Assembly (NCBI GenBank): GCA_964016885.1
Contig: OZ024759.1
Coordinates: 27,404,001 to 27,468,000, forward strand
Reading direction: 5' to 3'
DNA: 64,000 bases
From: Eledone cirrhosa
Taxonomy: Eukaryota
Program-made: the position numbers and the translations under genes
The notes under the pieces: generated by a model
What the model was told of the DNA's origin: nothing
Seen by the model: the letters and a program-made list of their open reading frames with translations, nothing else
The model's database searches: none
Part shown: positions 1 through 11,937 of the stretch, in pieces
Layout: each line of letters starts with the position of its first letter
Position numbering within the stretch: position 1 is the stretch's first letter

Positions 1-126
1 TTTGAAGAAAAAAAAAAGTTTGGTTTCGAAATTTTTCAATTGTAAATAAACAAAATTGACAAAAATAAACAGTACTTGAGAGAAAAAGTCAATAATAGTT
101 AACTGGCCTATTTTATAGTAGTAGTA

Positions 127-164
<38 letters not shown>

Positions 165-165
<1 letters not shown>

Positions 166-497
166 GTTACTGATTTAGGCACAAGGCCAGTAAATTTGGG
201 GGGAAGGGAAAATCGATTAAATCGACCCCTAGTGTGTTACTGCTATTTTATTTTATCGACCCCATAAGGATGAAAGGCAAAGCTAACCTCGGCGTAAAGG
301 GCCGTAACTCTCTGCTACAAAGCATGTTGTCCAGCACTTAACCGATACTGCCAATCTATAATAATAATAATCTCTGATTTGAGCACAAGGCCAACATTTT
401 TAGAGGGAAGGAAGATGGCAATCAATTAAATCAACCCCAGTGCATTACTGCTACTTTATTTTATTGAACCCCTGTAAGGAGGAAAGGTAAAGCTACA
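165..497 (-). mobile_element. Two copies of tRNA-derived SINE family A
   Basis: Core CTTTGCCTTTCATCCTTAyGGGGTCGATAAAATAAAGTACCAG with tail GCCTTGTGCCTAAA...(ATT)n on the minus strand. About 20 copies in the window, e.g. 12350-12512(+), 16821-16970, 37738-37930(+), 48836-48977, 50355-50540, 51056-51240, 54040-54252, 55377-55553, 58836-59145. Confidence 0.8.
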
Positions 498-1039
498 ATA
501 ATAATAATAAATGTCTTTTGACTGGGCTCAAATAGGATTAAAAGCAGGATCGAACCATGAAAAGCAGAGTTGACCCTTGAAAAGCAGAATTGACCCACGA
601 AATGCAGGGTTGACCTAAGCAAAATTTGAACTAAAAATACAGAAAGTTCACAAATACTCTAAGGTATTTCCTCTGGCAACTCACTGGCATTTCTTTGTCC
701 AGACATGCATCACCCCTTCTCTTGTCTACATACATCACACACATATCACGTACCTCTCTTCTCTACACATACATCACCTCACTCTCCTCTTCACACACAC
801 AGACACATACATTACATCCCTCTCCTCTCTTCTGTCTCTCTCTCACACACACACAAGCAAAAATACACTACACACAAACACACACTCACACAAGCAAACA
901 TACACGCAAACAAACACACACACACACAAACTCAATACAACTACTAATAACTTTGTGGAAAATGTTGTTGGAATGTAATTTTTTTTTTAATTCCCTCTTA
1001 AGGACGCTTTTAAGGTCCAGTTAAGCAGTTGTCCAGATT

Positions 1040-1440
1040 TGGGGACATATTAAAAGATTAAACATTAACAAATAATTTACTAATTCATTTCCTAACATAT
1101 TTTTGTTGTGGTTGTTGTTGTTGTTGGCATTATCATTATCAAGAATGGCCCGTGTGAATGGGCCTACCCTGAACGTGTGCCTATAGTATTGAAGGACAAC
1201 TGGGTGAAGGCTCTTGCCCTTGTGGTCAGGGTGACCATGGCTTTTGTGGGCTTTCTCCATGAGTAACCCTTGGAGTTTCCTCACCTTTGGGGAATTTGTC
1301 ATATTTGTTTTGTCTTTTTTTAAATGTTTATTTTCTTCATCTCCCTTATAAATTCTATTCTACACAAAAAAACCCACTCTGTACCATCCTGTACCGTCTT
1401 TAATGTCTCCTTAATGTGAGCCCTGTGTGGCTAATAAAGA
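1040..1440 (+). mobile_element. Degraded LINE 3' end (L1/Tx1-like, tentative)
   Basis: Ends GAGCCCTGTGTGGCTAATAAAGAA; related sequence on the minus strand at 51255-51610. Confidence 0.4.
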
Positions 1441-1587
1441 AACCATTATCATCATTATTATTATCGTTATTAATATTATCATTATCATTATATGATAGTT
1501 TTTGTAAACAAGGGGCTTCCATAATAAAGTTTATAAACAAACAAAAACAAAAACAAAACTTTAGAAATATTTACAAGTCCTTATTAG

Positions 1588-1806
1588 GGACCTAGTGTGG
1601 CATGTAATTGAGTGTAGGGGGTTTAGGGGTTGACTTATTATAGACCTAGTGTGGGAGTTAGGGGATGAGTTATTAGAGACCTAGTGTGGGGGTTAGGGGA
1701 TAAGTTATTGACTAATGTAGGAGGTTAGGGGATAAGTTATAAACTAGTGTAGGGGGTTAGGGGTGAATTATTATAGACCTAGTTTAGGGGGTGAAGGGAT
1801 GAGTTA
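1588..1806. repeat. ~33-bp minisatellite rich in TTAGGGG
   Basis: GACCTAGTGTGGGrGTTAGGGGATrAGTTATT, about 6 copies, downstream of the exon 7b stop. Confidence 0.8.
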
Positions 1807-1892
1807 GAAAAACAAAAGGAAAGATTAGGGCAAAGAATCATTATAAGGTAGAAAAAAGAGGGAAATTTGTTGGTTTGATTTTTTTTTTTCTG

Positions 1893-2006
1893 TTAGTGTA
1901 CAGGTGTTGTAATCAGCGGCATTGTAGCTTCATCCAGGTGAGAATTCAGAGGATTTGTCATGATTGGAACCAAAAGATCATCCATATTTGGTAGAACAAG
2001 TAACCT
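1893..2006 (-). CDS. TEX2: TEX2-like terminal exon 7b (distal, alternative)
   Basis: ttttcag|RLLVLPNMDDLLVPIMTNPLNSHLDEATMPLITTPVH*; 114 nt, phase 0; conserved PNMDD motif. Confidence 0.85.
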   Translation of the reverse strand, partial: RLLVLPNMDDLLVPIMTNPLNSHLDEATMPLITTPVH

Positions 2007-2204
2007 CTGAAAATACAGAAAAATATTGAATCATTATAGAAGTCGAAATATTTCTAGCAGACGAGCAAAGTGGAAGAGGAGGAAAAAATATGTAGAAACT
2101 CTACATTTATAGCTTAGAAACATAAACGTTGTCAGGGGGAAATGAAAACCAACATAACTCCAATTTTAAGTCTTTGATCATTTTGAATTCTTAGAAGCAT
2201 CCTG

Positions 2205-2584
2205 TGAAACCCCCAATGTACACTGTAAAATGGTTGTGTAGGTGTCATGACAAAAAGCCCCCAGTCCACACTGTAAAGTGGTGGTAGTGGTGTCATGACA
2301 AAAAGCACCCAGCCTAAACTGTAAAGTGGTGGTGTAGGTGTCATGACAAAAAGTATCCAGCCTACACTGTAAAGTGGTCGTGTAGGTGTGTCAAAACAAA
2401 AAGCACCCAGTACTTGCTCTAAATGAGGTTGGTGCTAGGAAGGGCATCCAGCTGTAGAAACCAAGCCAGAATCGGTTCTGTATGAGCAGGAGATGGTCAC
2501 CTGACCCGGCATTGTTCACAACAGGATAACTCGTCTAACCCATGCCAGTGTGGAAAAATGGATGTTAAACGGTGGTGATGATGG
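2205..2584 (+). mobile_element. RTE-tailed repeat with ~47-bp internal tandem units
   Basis: AAAAGCACCCAGTCCACACTGTAAAGTGG units, then GGAAGGGCATCCAGCTGTAGAAA...AACCCATGC...GTTAAACG(ATG)n. Many copies, e.g. 13985-14190(-), 21790-22036, 47645-47920(-), 49685-49890(-), 52365-52690(-). Confidence 0.75.
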
Positions 2585-2750
2585 TTTCATAGCAACAAGA
2601 AGCTGTCCATCGTTCCCATACTCCTGTAGAACCTTCCACATCAAGTCCTGTAGAATGCAGTCGTATGGCTTTTCGAGGTCTATGAAGCAGGCACACACCT
2701 CTTGGCAATACTCCCACGATTTATCAAAGACCAGTGTGAATATTTAGTCG
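2585..2750 (-). mobile_element. RTE reverse-transcriptase fragment
   Basis: KSWEY...CACFIDLEKPYD...MWKVLQEYG..GQLL (RT motif FIDLEKAYD). Confidence 0.75.
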
Positions 2751-2998
2751 GCTTATAAAATGAATATATAAATGTCAGCCCCTACCAATATAAACAGATA
2801 CAACTAACACATGTAGGAAAATTACCAACATATACATTTGAAATCAGTGAGCACTCCAGTTTGACCTTGGCTGTAAAACTAAAGAACATGTATAATAAAT
2901 AAAGTAAAAAGACATGCAAAATTGGTAATGAAATCAACAACAATAAATAGATATAGATTAAAAATAATGTTTATAATGTAAAACAAAACAATTAACAT

Positions 2999-3319
2999 AT
3001 ATACTTGAGTATAAGCCAACCCCAGAAAATCATGCCTGAGAAATGGACAAAAATTTAAACCTTATTTACAAGAATTTGAAGTTGGGTTAAAATCGTCAAA
3101 ATATTGACTTCAAATATAAATTGACCCCAGAATTTCATGTGTGAGGAATGGACAAATACCTAAACCTTATTTACAGAGAATTTGAAGTTGGTGAAAATCG
3201 TCAAAAATATTGACCACCACCACCCACCCCATATAAGACACCCCCCCCCCCCAACTTCTACCATCGATTTTCTTTTGGTCACACAAATATTCCTCGGCTT
3301 ATATTGAAATATATACGGT
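2999..3319. mobile_element. pogo/Tigger-like MITE remnant
   Basis: Ends ATATACTTGAGTATAAGCC ... GGCTTATATTGAAATATATACGGTA, with an internal ~120-bp duplication. Confidence 0.55.
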
Positions 3320-3564
3320 AAGTGTGGAATACAATTTGCATGCAACACTAAACACGATTAATTCAATAGAGATACAGACTCAAGCAGTTTATGGTGACTC
3401 ATTCTTTGTGGAAAACTGTAAGTTTGCCTGAAGTGAAACAGCAGTAATAAATTGATTATAGATCGTGCCTGATTGTAGATGTAGCCGGCCCATTTGACAC
3501 GAGAGTACAAGAAAAGGAGAGGGAGAAAATTAACTGACACCAGGATTTAAAGTGGGAGTTAAAA

Positions 3565-3845
3565 AGGATTTGGAACTGCCATGAGATCAAGGTCATCCTG
3601 ATTGTCATAGGCGCACTAGGTACTATTTAAAAGAGTTTCCAAGGATGGTTAAAGAAGATTGTCCAGCTCCACTTTTTGGAACACTTCAAAAGGCATGCTA
3701 GCTGGGAACAGCAAGAACCCTCCGATACGTCCTGAATGTCTGAGGCTGCAGGTAGCAGCTTGATATTCATTTCAACAAACTTTCCAGTTAACTAACATCA
3801 ATGACTGAGACTCAAAGAACAATAATAATAATAATAATAATAATA
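3565..3845 (+). mobile_element. R4/Dong-like RLE non-LTR element 3' end with (TAA)n tail
   Basis: IKVILIVIGALGT...LQKAC*LGTARTLRYVL followed by (AAT)n. Confidence 0.65.
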
Positions 3846-4061
3846 TGGCTTCTGATTTAGGCACAAGGCCAGCAATTTTGGGAGAGGGAGGGGGGAGTCA
3901 ATTAAATTTAATCTCGGCAGGATTAGGACGCATGACCCTCACAGGTATAAGTGGGTGAAGAAGGAGAAGATGCTTCTACTATATATCAGACAATCTTTTC
4001 CCATATGCACAAAGGAAATTCAATCAGCAATTTTATTTAGCAGAGCAGCAAACTGGGTTAA

Positions 4062-4270
4062 CCCTTTAACATTTATATTACTCTATATATATTATTATAT
4101 GTTCACAGTAAAGGGTTTACCTCACATAATATCGAATCTAGGAGATTTTAATATTATTCATTTTGAGAACAATACCTTTAACATCAGTATGAGTGGCAGG
4201 TTACGGCCAGTTTGAACAGAAAGAGTTGAGAGAATTCTGGCTAGATACAGCCGGTATAAATGCTAAAGGG
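4062..4270. mobile_element. piggyBac-type MITE
   Basis: TTAA|CCCTTTAACATTTA...TAAATGCTAAAGGG|TTAA. Confidence 0.85.
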
Positions 4271-4549
4271 TTAATGAGTGATTGTTTAGCCCAGGGTCAG
4301 CCGTGATTGAGCAAGCCTATGACCAAATATTAAAGACATGCTGAATCTGTGGCTGTACAACCGGATACAGTCAGTTTAAATGCTAAAGAATTAAAGAATA
4401 GTAAAATGTCATGCTCAAAGACAAAACAACAAAATACTTGCAGAAGGATGCTAACTCACAAACAGAAAAGCCAGTCCACCCCACACAACAACTTACTGAA
4501 AAATGAAAGGCAAAAAGGGTCCTATTTCTTTCCTTCTTCTTCTTCTTAA

Positions 4550-4745
4550 CCCTTTAGCATTTACATTACTCTATATTTTTACAGTAATGGGTTTATCTTA
4601 CATAATATCGAATCTACGAGATTTTGATGTTATCTATTTTGAGAACAATACCTTAATATAGATATGAATGGCCAGTTACGACCGGTTTAAATAGAAAGAG
4701 GTGAGAGAATTCTGGCCGGATACGGCCGGTTTAAATGCTAAAGGG
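4550..4745. mobile_element. piggyBac-type MITE (reference copy, 196 bp)
   Basis: Perfect 14-bp TIR CCCTTTAGCATTTA with TTAA TSDs. Other copies: 6211-6527, 7145-7352, 16515-16684, 19023-19252, 19964-20325, 20358-20556, 20561-20712, 37122-37329, 47188-47412, 51678-51898, 51931-52138, 53487-53692. Confidence 0.9.
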
Positions 4746-4825
4746 TTAAATTCTTTGAGTTTATAAATCAATGTTTTTGATATTAATACTGAAATTACAA
4801 CTAAATAGTCTCTAGGAATAGTAAA

Positions 4826-5135
4826 TTCTTCTTCTTCTTGGCCCACCTATTTCTGGGAGAGTTATGGGAAGCAGAGTCTTCAAACACTCCTTCCAGTGGG
4901 TCCTGTCAGAAACAACTAACTTCTTTACTTGTTACAAGCACTGGATGTTTTGATAGCCTCTTTCAAAGCATCTCTCCAGAAGCGTTCGTTCCAGGGATAG
5001 GTTTTGGCCCAAGTTCCAGGTTTTCAGATCATCCCTGATTACCTCTTCCCAGGTCTTATGTGGGCACCCCACTTCCTCATCTACCAGGGGCCACAATCTT
5101 GGTACATCGATGTATCCACTCACAAAGAGATGAGT
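4826..5135 (-). mobile_element. RTE-like LINE 3' end with (GAA)n tail
   Basis: G.PHKTWEEVIRDDL; tail ...CCCAGAAATAGGTGGGC(GAA)n; further copies at 6972-7095 and 10205-10400. Confidence 0.6.
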
Positions 5136-5774
5136 CTTAAGTGATGTCACAACCACTACATTATAATAAAGTCTTAAGATATGTCACAACCACTACATTA
5201 TCAGTTATATGATTAACCACCACCAAGTAAAAAAAAACAAGATTTGTTCTTCCTCTTCAACCTGACAAAAAATGAACAAAGTGTGGGTGTGGTGGTGGTG
5301 GTGGTGTGGGGGTGGGGGATAACCACCCCACCACACACACACACATACAACGAAAACTAACAAGATTTTTTCTCTTAAATTAAGGATATACAAAATGAAT
5401 TAAATAAAAAAAGTGCAGAACACGTTTCGTGCAACAACAACAGTCTACATCAAGTGTAACAGCAAAATAAGTCATGCATGAAACACGAAACTACTGATCC
5501 ATGAAATAAAGAAAAAAACACAAATAAAAGTGTGTGAAAGAGAAGAAAAAAAAAGACAGGCTGGCTGGCAACTAAATATCTGTGCATTGACTATAACATT
5601 CCGATAATAATAATAATATTATACATATTATACATATTATATATGGTTTGTGTGTAATATAGAATGCTGACCAGCGAGAAAACTGTCCTGACGAACACAA
5701 AGAGAGCCTGGGCAGACAATTGAGAACCAATTAAAAAATATTATGTGGCGTTTATTTAATTGTAGTCAATTGTG

Positions 5775-5888
5775 TCAGACCTCAGTGCCGCCAGGTGGAC
5801 AGACTGTGGAAGGTACAGCATCATCGGGAAGTCCTGGCAGCAACATAGGGATTACCAAGTCATCCATATTGGGCAGCACAAATATTCG
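5775..5888 (-). CDS. TEX2: TEX2-like terminal exon 7a (proximal)
   Basis: tttcttag|RIFVLPNMDDLVIPMLLPGLPDDAVPSTVCPPGGTEV*; 114 nt, phase 0; AATAAA on the minus strand at 5751-5756. Confidence 0.88.
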   Translation of the reverse strand, partial: RIFVLPNMDDLVIPMLLPGLPDDAVPSTVCPPGGTEV

Positions 5889-6605
5889 CTAAGAAATATA
5901 AAAAAAAAAAACAAAAAAAAAAACACAACAAATAAATAAGAATTTAAAAAAAAAAGTCTGTAATTTTTTTTTTGTGTGTGTTGTGTAGTTATAAATTCTC
6001 AGCTGAAATATAGAAGATATATATCATATATACAAACATAGTTATTCTTTTAATTGGTTTTTGATAAAGAAATGTAAGATAAACTTAAGGTAAAATAGAT
6101 ATCAAGGAAGAAGCTATAAGACATAATAGTCTCTAGTTGAAGCCATTAAAAAATAGATATCAAGGAAGAAGTTATAAGACTCAATCCAGTCTCCAGTTGA
6201 AGTCATTTAACCCTTTAATATTTAAATTATGCTATATATATATATATAATATATATATCATCATTTTCATTTCATTTCATTTTACGTCCGCTTTTTCCCT
6301 GCTTGCAAGGGAGGGACATATATACAATAGTATATATACAATAGTATATATATACTATTGTATTCTTGAAGTAAAGGCTTTATCTCACATAATATTGAAT
6401 TTATGAGATTCTGAAATTATTTATTTTGAGAACAGTACCTTAACATCAGTACGAACGGCTGGTTATAGCCAGTTTGAACAGAAAGAGGTGAGAGAATTCT
6501 GGCTGGATACAGCCAGTTCAAATGCTTTAGGAAATAAAATATATATATTTTTTAATGTTATTAACAAAGAAACAATATAAAGAAAGGTTTGTTTCATATT
6601 TTTAC

Positions 6606-6726
6606 CTGGAATTCAATGGTTAGTTTCTTCTCAATCCATTCAGTGACATGTGTGACTGTCACTTCTCTTTCTCCAACCTTAGGTTTAGCCACAAGAGTCA
6701 GTTGTGGATTATCACGAAAGCCATAC
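6606..6726 (-). CDS. TEX2: TEX2-like coding exon 6
   Basis: ttcag|(W)YGFRDNPQLTLVAKPKVGEREVTVTHVTEWIEKKLTIEFQ|GTAAA; 121 nt, phase 2/0. Confidence 0.95.
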
Positions 6727-7962
6727 CTGAAGCAGAAAATAATATTACACATGTTCAAAATTAAAAAAAATATTTTCCATGCTTTAGTCTTAGAAAGAAT
6801 AGTAGCACACACACACACATTAGTGTGAAAATGGAAGTGAGAAAGAGATATAAAGAAAGAATTAACCCCAGTACTGGACTGGTACATTTTTTATCAACCT
6901 CGAAAGGATGAAAGGCAAAGTTGATTTGCTGTATTCATAGCCAAAACATATAACTTTCTATCGTGTAACCATCTTCTTCTTCGCCCACTTATTCCTGAGA
7001 GGGTTGAGAGGGCAGAATCCTCAAACACTCCTTCCAGCGAGTCCTGTCAGAAGCAGCCATCTCCAACTGATCCCGTTGGATCCCTAAGTGTGACCAGCCA
7101 ACACAATGGAATACAATGAAAACAGAAAATCGCTGTTCCATTAACTCTTTAGCATTTACTATTGTATATATACTCAATATATACTATTGTATTTTCACAG
7201 TAAAGGCTTCACCTCACATAATATTGAATCTATGAGATTTTGATATTATCTATTTTGAGAACAATACCTTAACATCAATATGAGTCACCAGTTACAGCTG
7301 GTTTGAACAGAAAGAGGTAAGAGAATTCTGGCTGGATACGGCCAGTTTAAATTTCAGCAGTGAATCTGAGTCAGCTTGAGGACTTAAATTTTATCATTGT
7401 TACTCAACATGGTTAATAAATGATTAACTATTAGAAATATCTCATTCTAACTTGTTTACTGAATGTCATTAATTATTAATCATCATCTGTTATAGGAAGC
7501 AGTCACACCAGACTTCTTGTCAACAACCGAAATGAATAATTTTTTTTTTTTATAACCTGTACTATATGTGTGTGTGTGGGAGGGGAGGGGGGTATATATC
7601 TGTTATTCCATCTTGTCTTTTTTTGTGGTATATAGTAGGAAATGATTACAATAAGATATATTTGAAAAAAATGCTTATTTTACACAAACACATATATATA
7701 AGTGTTGTAGTTTGTTTGAAGCATTGTGGAATAAGAAATACAAATTCAAATAAGTTTAAATATTTGGAAGCCCTACAATGCATGCAAGATTAAAAGTGCC
7801 AAGGTAATAGGAGTTATAGAGAATAAAGGATTGAGAAAAGAGTGATGATGATGATGATGTTAATGATGAACCCTCTCCCTTCGCTCCACGATACAGAGAA
7901 ATAAATGGTTAATCTCCCCACACACTCCGCCCCAGCTGTGATAAAACAGTGAAAGTACTTAC

Positions 7963-8193
7963 CACAGTCTATCTGTAGGTGGTGGTGGCACATTTATAGT
8001 AAGTACACCGTTTAGACAGTGCACCTCAACAGTAAGAATAAGTGGTGTATTTGATACACCTTCCATTGCCTTCTTTATATATTTGTACTCAGTGGCTTGC
8101 TGGAAATACTTGGACTGGGTGATCATATCAATGTATCGCAGTATCTTGCGGCTCGCACCACTGCCACTACCTCCAATTTGTGGAACTCCGCTG
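7963..8193 (-). CDS. TEX2: TEX2-like coding exon 5
   Basis: tttgcag|...SRKILRYIDMITQSKYFQQATEYKYIKKAMEGVSNTPLILTVEV...INVPPPPTDRL TG|GTAAG; 231 nt, phase 2/2. Confidence 0.95.
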
Positions 8194-8705
8194 CTGCAAA
8201 GAAGGAAAAACATCTGCTGTTAAGTTTATAGGTTTATGGCCTTCAAGTCCACACTGTAAAGTGGTCGTGTAGGTGACATGACAAAAAACACCCAGGCCAC
8301 ACTGTAAAGTGATTGTGTGGGTATCACGACAAAAAGCACCCAGGCCACACTACTGAAAAGTGGTCTTGTAGATGACATGACAAAAAGCATTTAGGGTGGA
8401 TGGCTGTTGACTCTGAGGAATTCATCCACTCTTTTTAACAGCTCTATTTTTTTTTTTGCTGCTAGGGTTCCACTTATCTTTCTCACTAGACCAGGGTCTG
8501 GTGGAGGAGCTGGTTTAGTGGCCAGCCAATCAACCATGAAGCAGGTTGTACTGGGTTACATGGTACCAGTAGCAGACAGAAGCCTGACCTGATATTGACC
8601 ATGAAGTAGAGGTTGTACTAGGTTACATGATACCAGTAGCAGACGGAAGCCTGACCTGACCATACTACCTACACTCACACTGAGAGACATACAGATATAT
8701 CTTAC

Positions 8706-8789
8706 CTGTCTTCTATACCATTATCATCTGGTTCTTCATCTGTTGAAGACTCAGCACTATCTTCCTCATTGGAATCAGTCACTGCAGAA
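8706..8789 (-). CDS. TEX2: TEX2-like coding exon 4 (acidic linker)
   Basis: cttgtag|(R)SAVTDSNEEDSAESSTDEEPDDNGIED AG|GTAAG; 84 nt, phase 2/2; the EDSAESS-DEE motif matches TEX2. Confidence 0.9.
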
Positions 8790-8856
8790 CTACAAGAAAG
8801 AAATGAAGTAAATACTTTAAGTTGGCTTTTAGGAATCAATGTTAAATAAAGTAAAA

Positions 8857-9650
8857 GCAGTGCAGTGCAGTGCAGTGCAGTGCAGTGCAGTGCAGTGCAG
8901 TATAGTGTAGTATAGTGTAGTGTAGTGTAGTGTAGTGTAGTGTAGTGTAGTGTAGTGTAGTATCGTATAGTGTAGTGTAGTGTAGTGTAGTGTAGTGTAG
9001 TGTAGTGTAGTGTAGTGTAGTATCATATAGTATAGTATAGCATAGTATAGTATAGTGTAGTGTAGTATAGTATAGTGTAGTGTAGTATAGTATAGTGTAG
9101 TGTAGTATAGTGTAGTAGAGTGTAGTGTAGTATAGTGTAGTATCATATAGTATAGTATAGCATAGTATAGTATAGTGTAGTGTAGTATAGTATAGTGTAG
9201 TGTAGTATAGTATAGTGTAGTGTAGTATAGTGTAGTAGAGTGTAGTGTAGTATAGTGTAGTAAAGTATAGTGTAGTGTAGTATAGTGTAGTAGAGTATAG
9301 TATAGAGTAGTATAGTATAGTGTAGTATAGTATAGTGTAGTACATTATAGTACAGTGTAGTATAGTATAGTGTAGTACATTATAGTACAGTGTAGTATAG
9401 TATAGTACATTAAAGTACAGTGTGTTGTAGTATAGTATGGAGTAGTATAGCACAGGATAGTATAGTACAGTGTACAATATAGTATAGTAGTGTATTACAG
9501 TACAGTATAGTGTATTACAGCAGAGTATAGTATAATGTACAGTACAGTATAGTGTATTACAGTAGAGTATAATATAGTGTATAATATAGTGTACAGTACA
9601 GTATAGTACAATGTAGCAAAGTATAGTACAATGTAGTACAGTATAGTATA
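8857..9650. repeat. Pentanucleotide microsatellite (CAGTG/TAGTG/TAGTA)n
   Basis: Direct inspection; gives rise to the spurious Y/T/L/H ORFs. Confidence 0.95.
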
Positions 9651-9679
9651 TAGTCAAATTCAAAATATATTATACAAAC

Positions 9680-9903
9680 CGTTTGCTTGAAAGAACTGGA
9701 GATTTTTCAAGTGACTTTTTCTTAAGTTTCATAAGATTAACCTTAGTAGAAATAGTCATCTTGAAGCCGCCAGTATACATCGTCTGTAGGTCAACCCAGA
9801 AACCACGTTCATCCAGATAGGGTTTAGAGGACTTCTGAAGAATCGGGATTGAAGTACCTAAATCAATGTCAGTTATTTTCAGCTCTTCAATGAAATATGG
9901 TAC
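9680..9903 (-). CDS. TEX2: TEX2-like coding exon 3 (SMP domain)
   Basis: tttccag|VPYFIEELKITDIDLG...DERGFWVDL...TKVNLMKL...CG|GTTTG; 224 nt, phase 0/2. Confidence 0.95.
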
Positions 9904-10469
9904 CTGGAAATTGGAAACAAAAAACATCAAATGGAAATATTATTTGTTACCTCAAACATTCATAAAATAAATATGGATAAAAACAAAACAGTTTATGAAT
10001 TATTAAGATAAAGGTTTCAGGAGAAAAAAATATAAATAAATAAAAATAAAATAAAATAGAAAATTAGATTAAATAAATAAATATGTGTGGCTTGGAGATC
10101 AGAGAGTTGCTCCAGGTAGAGCTGCTACTTCTCTGAATTAAGAGATCACAGCTCCAATACTATAGGTATGTGGTTAGAATGTCTCAGGAAAGAATCGCTG
10201 GACAGATTTTATGGAGAAAACCAGCTGGCAGGAGACCCAGGGGTAGACTTCGAGCAAGATAGTTGGATAACATCCATGAGCTCGGCTGGTCTCGCTTGGG
10301 AATCCAGCCGGATCAGTTGGGGCTTGAGTGCTTGAGGACTCTGCTCCCACAACCCTCTCAGGAATAAGTGGGAGAAGAAGGAGAACAATAATAATAATGA
10401 TGATTTAAGAAGAAAAAGAAGAAAAAGGAGGAGGAGGAGAAGAAGAAGGAAAAAAAAAACATTGCTCAC

Positions 10470-11468
10470 ATGAATTTTGCTTAGTTTTTTCTGTAACTTT
10501 TCCATCACTTTTTCAGTCCAGGATTTATCTTGTAAGAAATCCCATAAACAACGTCCGATTAAAGCATTTATCCAAAGAAGCTGTGGTTCGCTAAAGTCTA
10601 GTATGGTACACGGAAGATCAGGGGAAGGAACTTCCCGAGAGGTTGGACTGCTCGGTGTACTCGATGCCGACACTGAGGAAGATTCTCTTCGTGATCGAAC
10701 TGTTGTGCTTGAGTTTGATTTGACTTCATCAAAACTAGCCGGCATTAATTTGGCCATGTATTGAGAAAACTTCTTCAAGTTAGTCTGTTGAAAATCCTCC
10801 GATTTTGGAGATAAACTGGCAGTGGATTCAACGGGAGTGGTTGCAGCAGAGGAATTCATGGAATCCATAGAATTGTGGCGCTTGTGTCTCTGAAACCCAT
10901 CAGCTAAACCGATATTCGTATCAGAGTCACTACGCTTATGATGTGAAGGTACTTTTAAAGCATTACGAATTTCTTGGATGTGATTACCCAAAGGCAAGCC
11001 TAAAGAGGCAGCATGGAATCTCTTGTACCATTCTTCTTTCTCTCTCCCTGTGCGAGCAAATAAATAAAGAATTGTAGGAGAAAGTGAGTCTGCAGAAATT
11101 ACTTCAAAACCCATGTCAAGGCTGGGGGAGGACATAGTGTCTTTCAATGGCTTCTTTTGCAAAGACGGAGCAGGTTTACAAGCACTGTTTTTTGTCAAGT
11201 CTATACATATTGGGTATTTTTTACTCCAGAGGCGTTTCTTAACAAGTCCTGCAGGGAGGAGAAACACTCGACAATCATTCAAATCAAAATGGCGCTGGTT
11301 GATGAATGTGGGGTTAGAGAGGTTTTCATCGAACATAGCACGTTTTGGTACATTGGTTTTGGGAGAGGAAAGACGTAAGGTAACCCCTTCAAGGCGAATA
11401 TATACAGAGCTGGTTTTATTAATGTGATAGTTATCGGGATCATAGTAGAACAGTTCATTCATCCAGCC
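10470..11468 (-). CDS. TEX2: TEX2-like coding exon 2 (PH-like domain and start of SMP domain)
   Basis: ttttcaag|GWMNELFYYDPDNYH...RLEGVTLRLS...KKRLWSKKYPICI...LFARTGREKEEW...WINALIGR...KLSKIH|GTGAG; 999 nt, phase 0/0; motifs typical of TEX2. Confidence 0.95.
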
Positions 11469-11516
11469 CTTGAAAATATAAATAAGAAAAAATTATATGA
11501 GAATAAAGTTGAAGAA

Positions 11517-11932
11517 TAGCAACAAGATATACCGTGATAGCAACAAGATATACCACAGTTAGCAACAAGATATATCATAGTTAAGCAACAAGATATACCA
11601 TAGTTAGCGACAAGATATACCATAGTTAGCAACAACATATACGACGGTTAGCAACAAGATATACCGTGATAGCAACAAGATATGCCACAGTTAGCAACAA
11701 GATATGCCACAGTTAGCAATAAGGTATACCATAGTTAGCAATAAGATATACCATGGTTAGCAATAACATATACCATGGTTAGCAACAAGATATACCACAG
11801 TTAGCAACAAGATATACCATGGTTAGCAACAAGATATACCATGGTTAGCAACAAGATATACCATGGTTAGCAACAAGATATACCATGGTTAACAACAAAA
11901 TGTACCATGATAGCAACAAAATATATATCATG
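11517..11932. repeat. 22-bp minisatellite AGCAACAAGATATACCATGGTT
   Basis: About 19 tandem copies; the same unit recurs at 18211-18298. Confidence 0.95.
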
Positions 11933-11937
11933 ACAAA

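Noticed and set aside
1588-1806. TTAGGG-like motifs as an interstitial telomere
   Set aside because: Isolated TTAGGGG inside a 33-bp unit, not tandem telomeric hexamers
8829-9663. 273-aa and 105-aa YTTLH-repeat ORFs
   Set aside because: Pentanucleotide microsatellite inside a TEX2 intron
11517-11932. Regular short repeats resembling a CRISPR array (also 18712-19022 and 57170-58226)
   Set aside because: No unique spacers, no cas genes, and a eukaryotic intronic context
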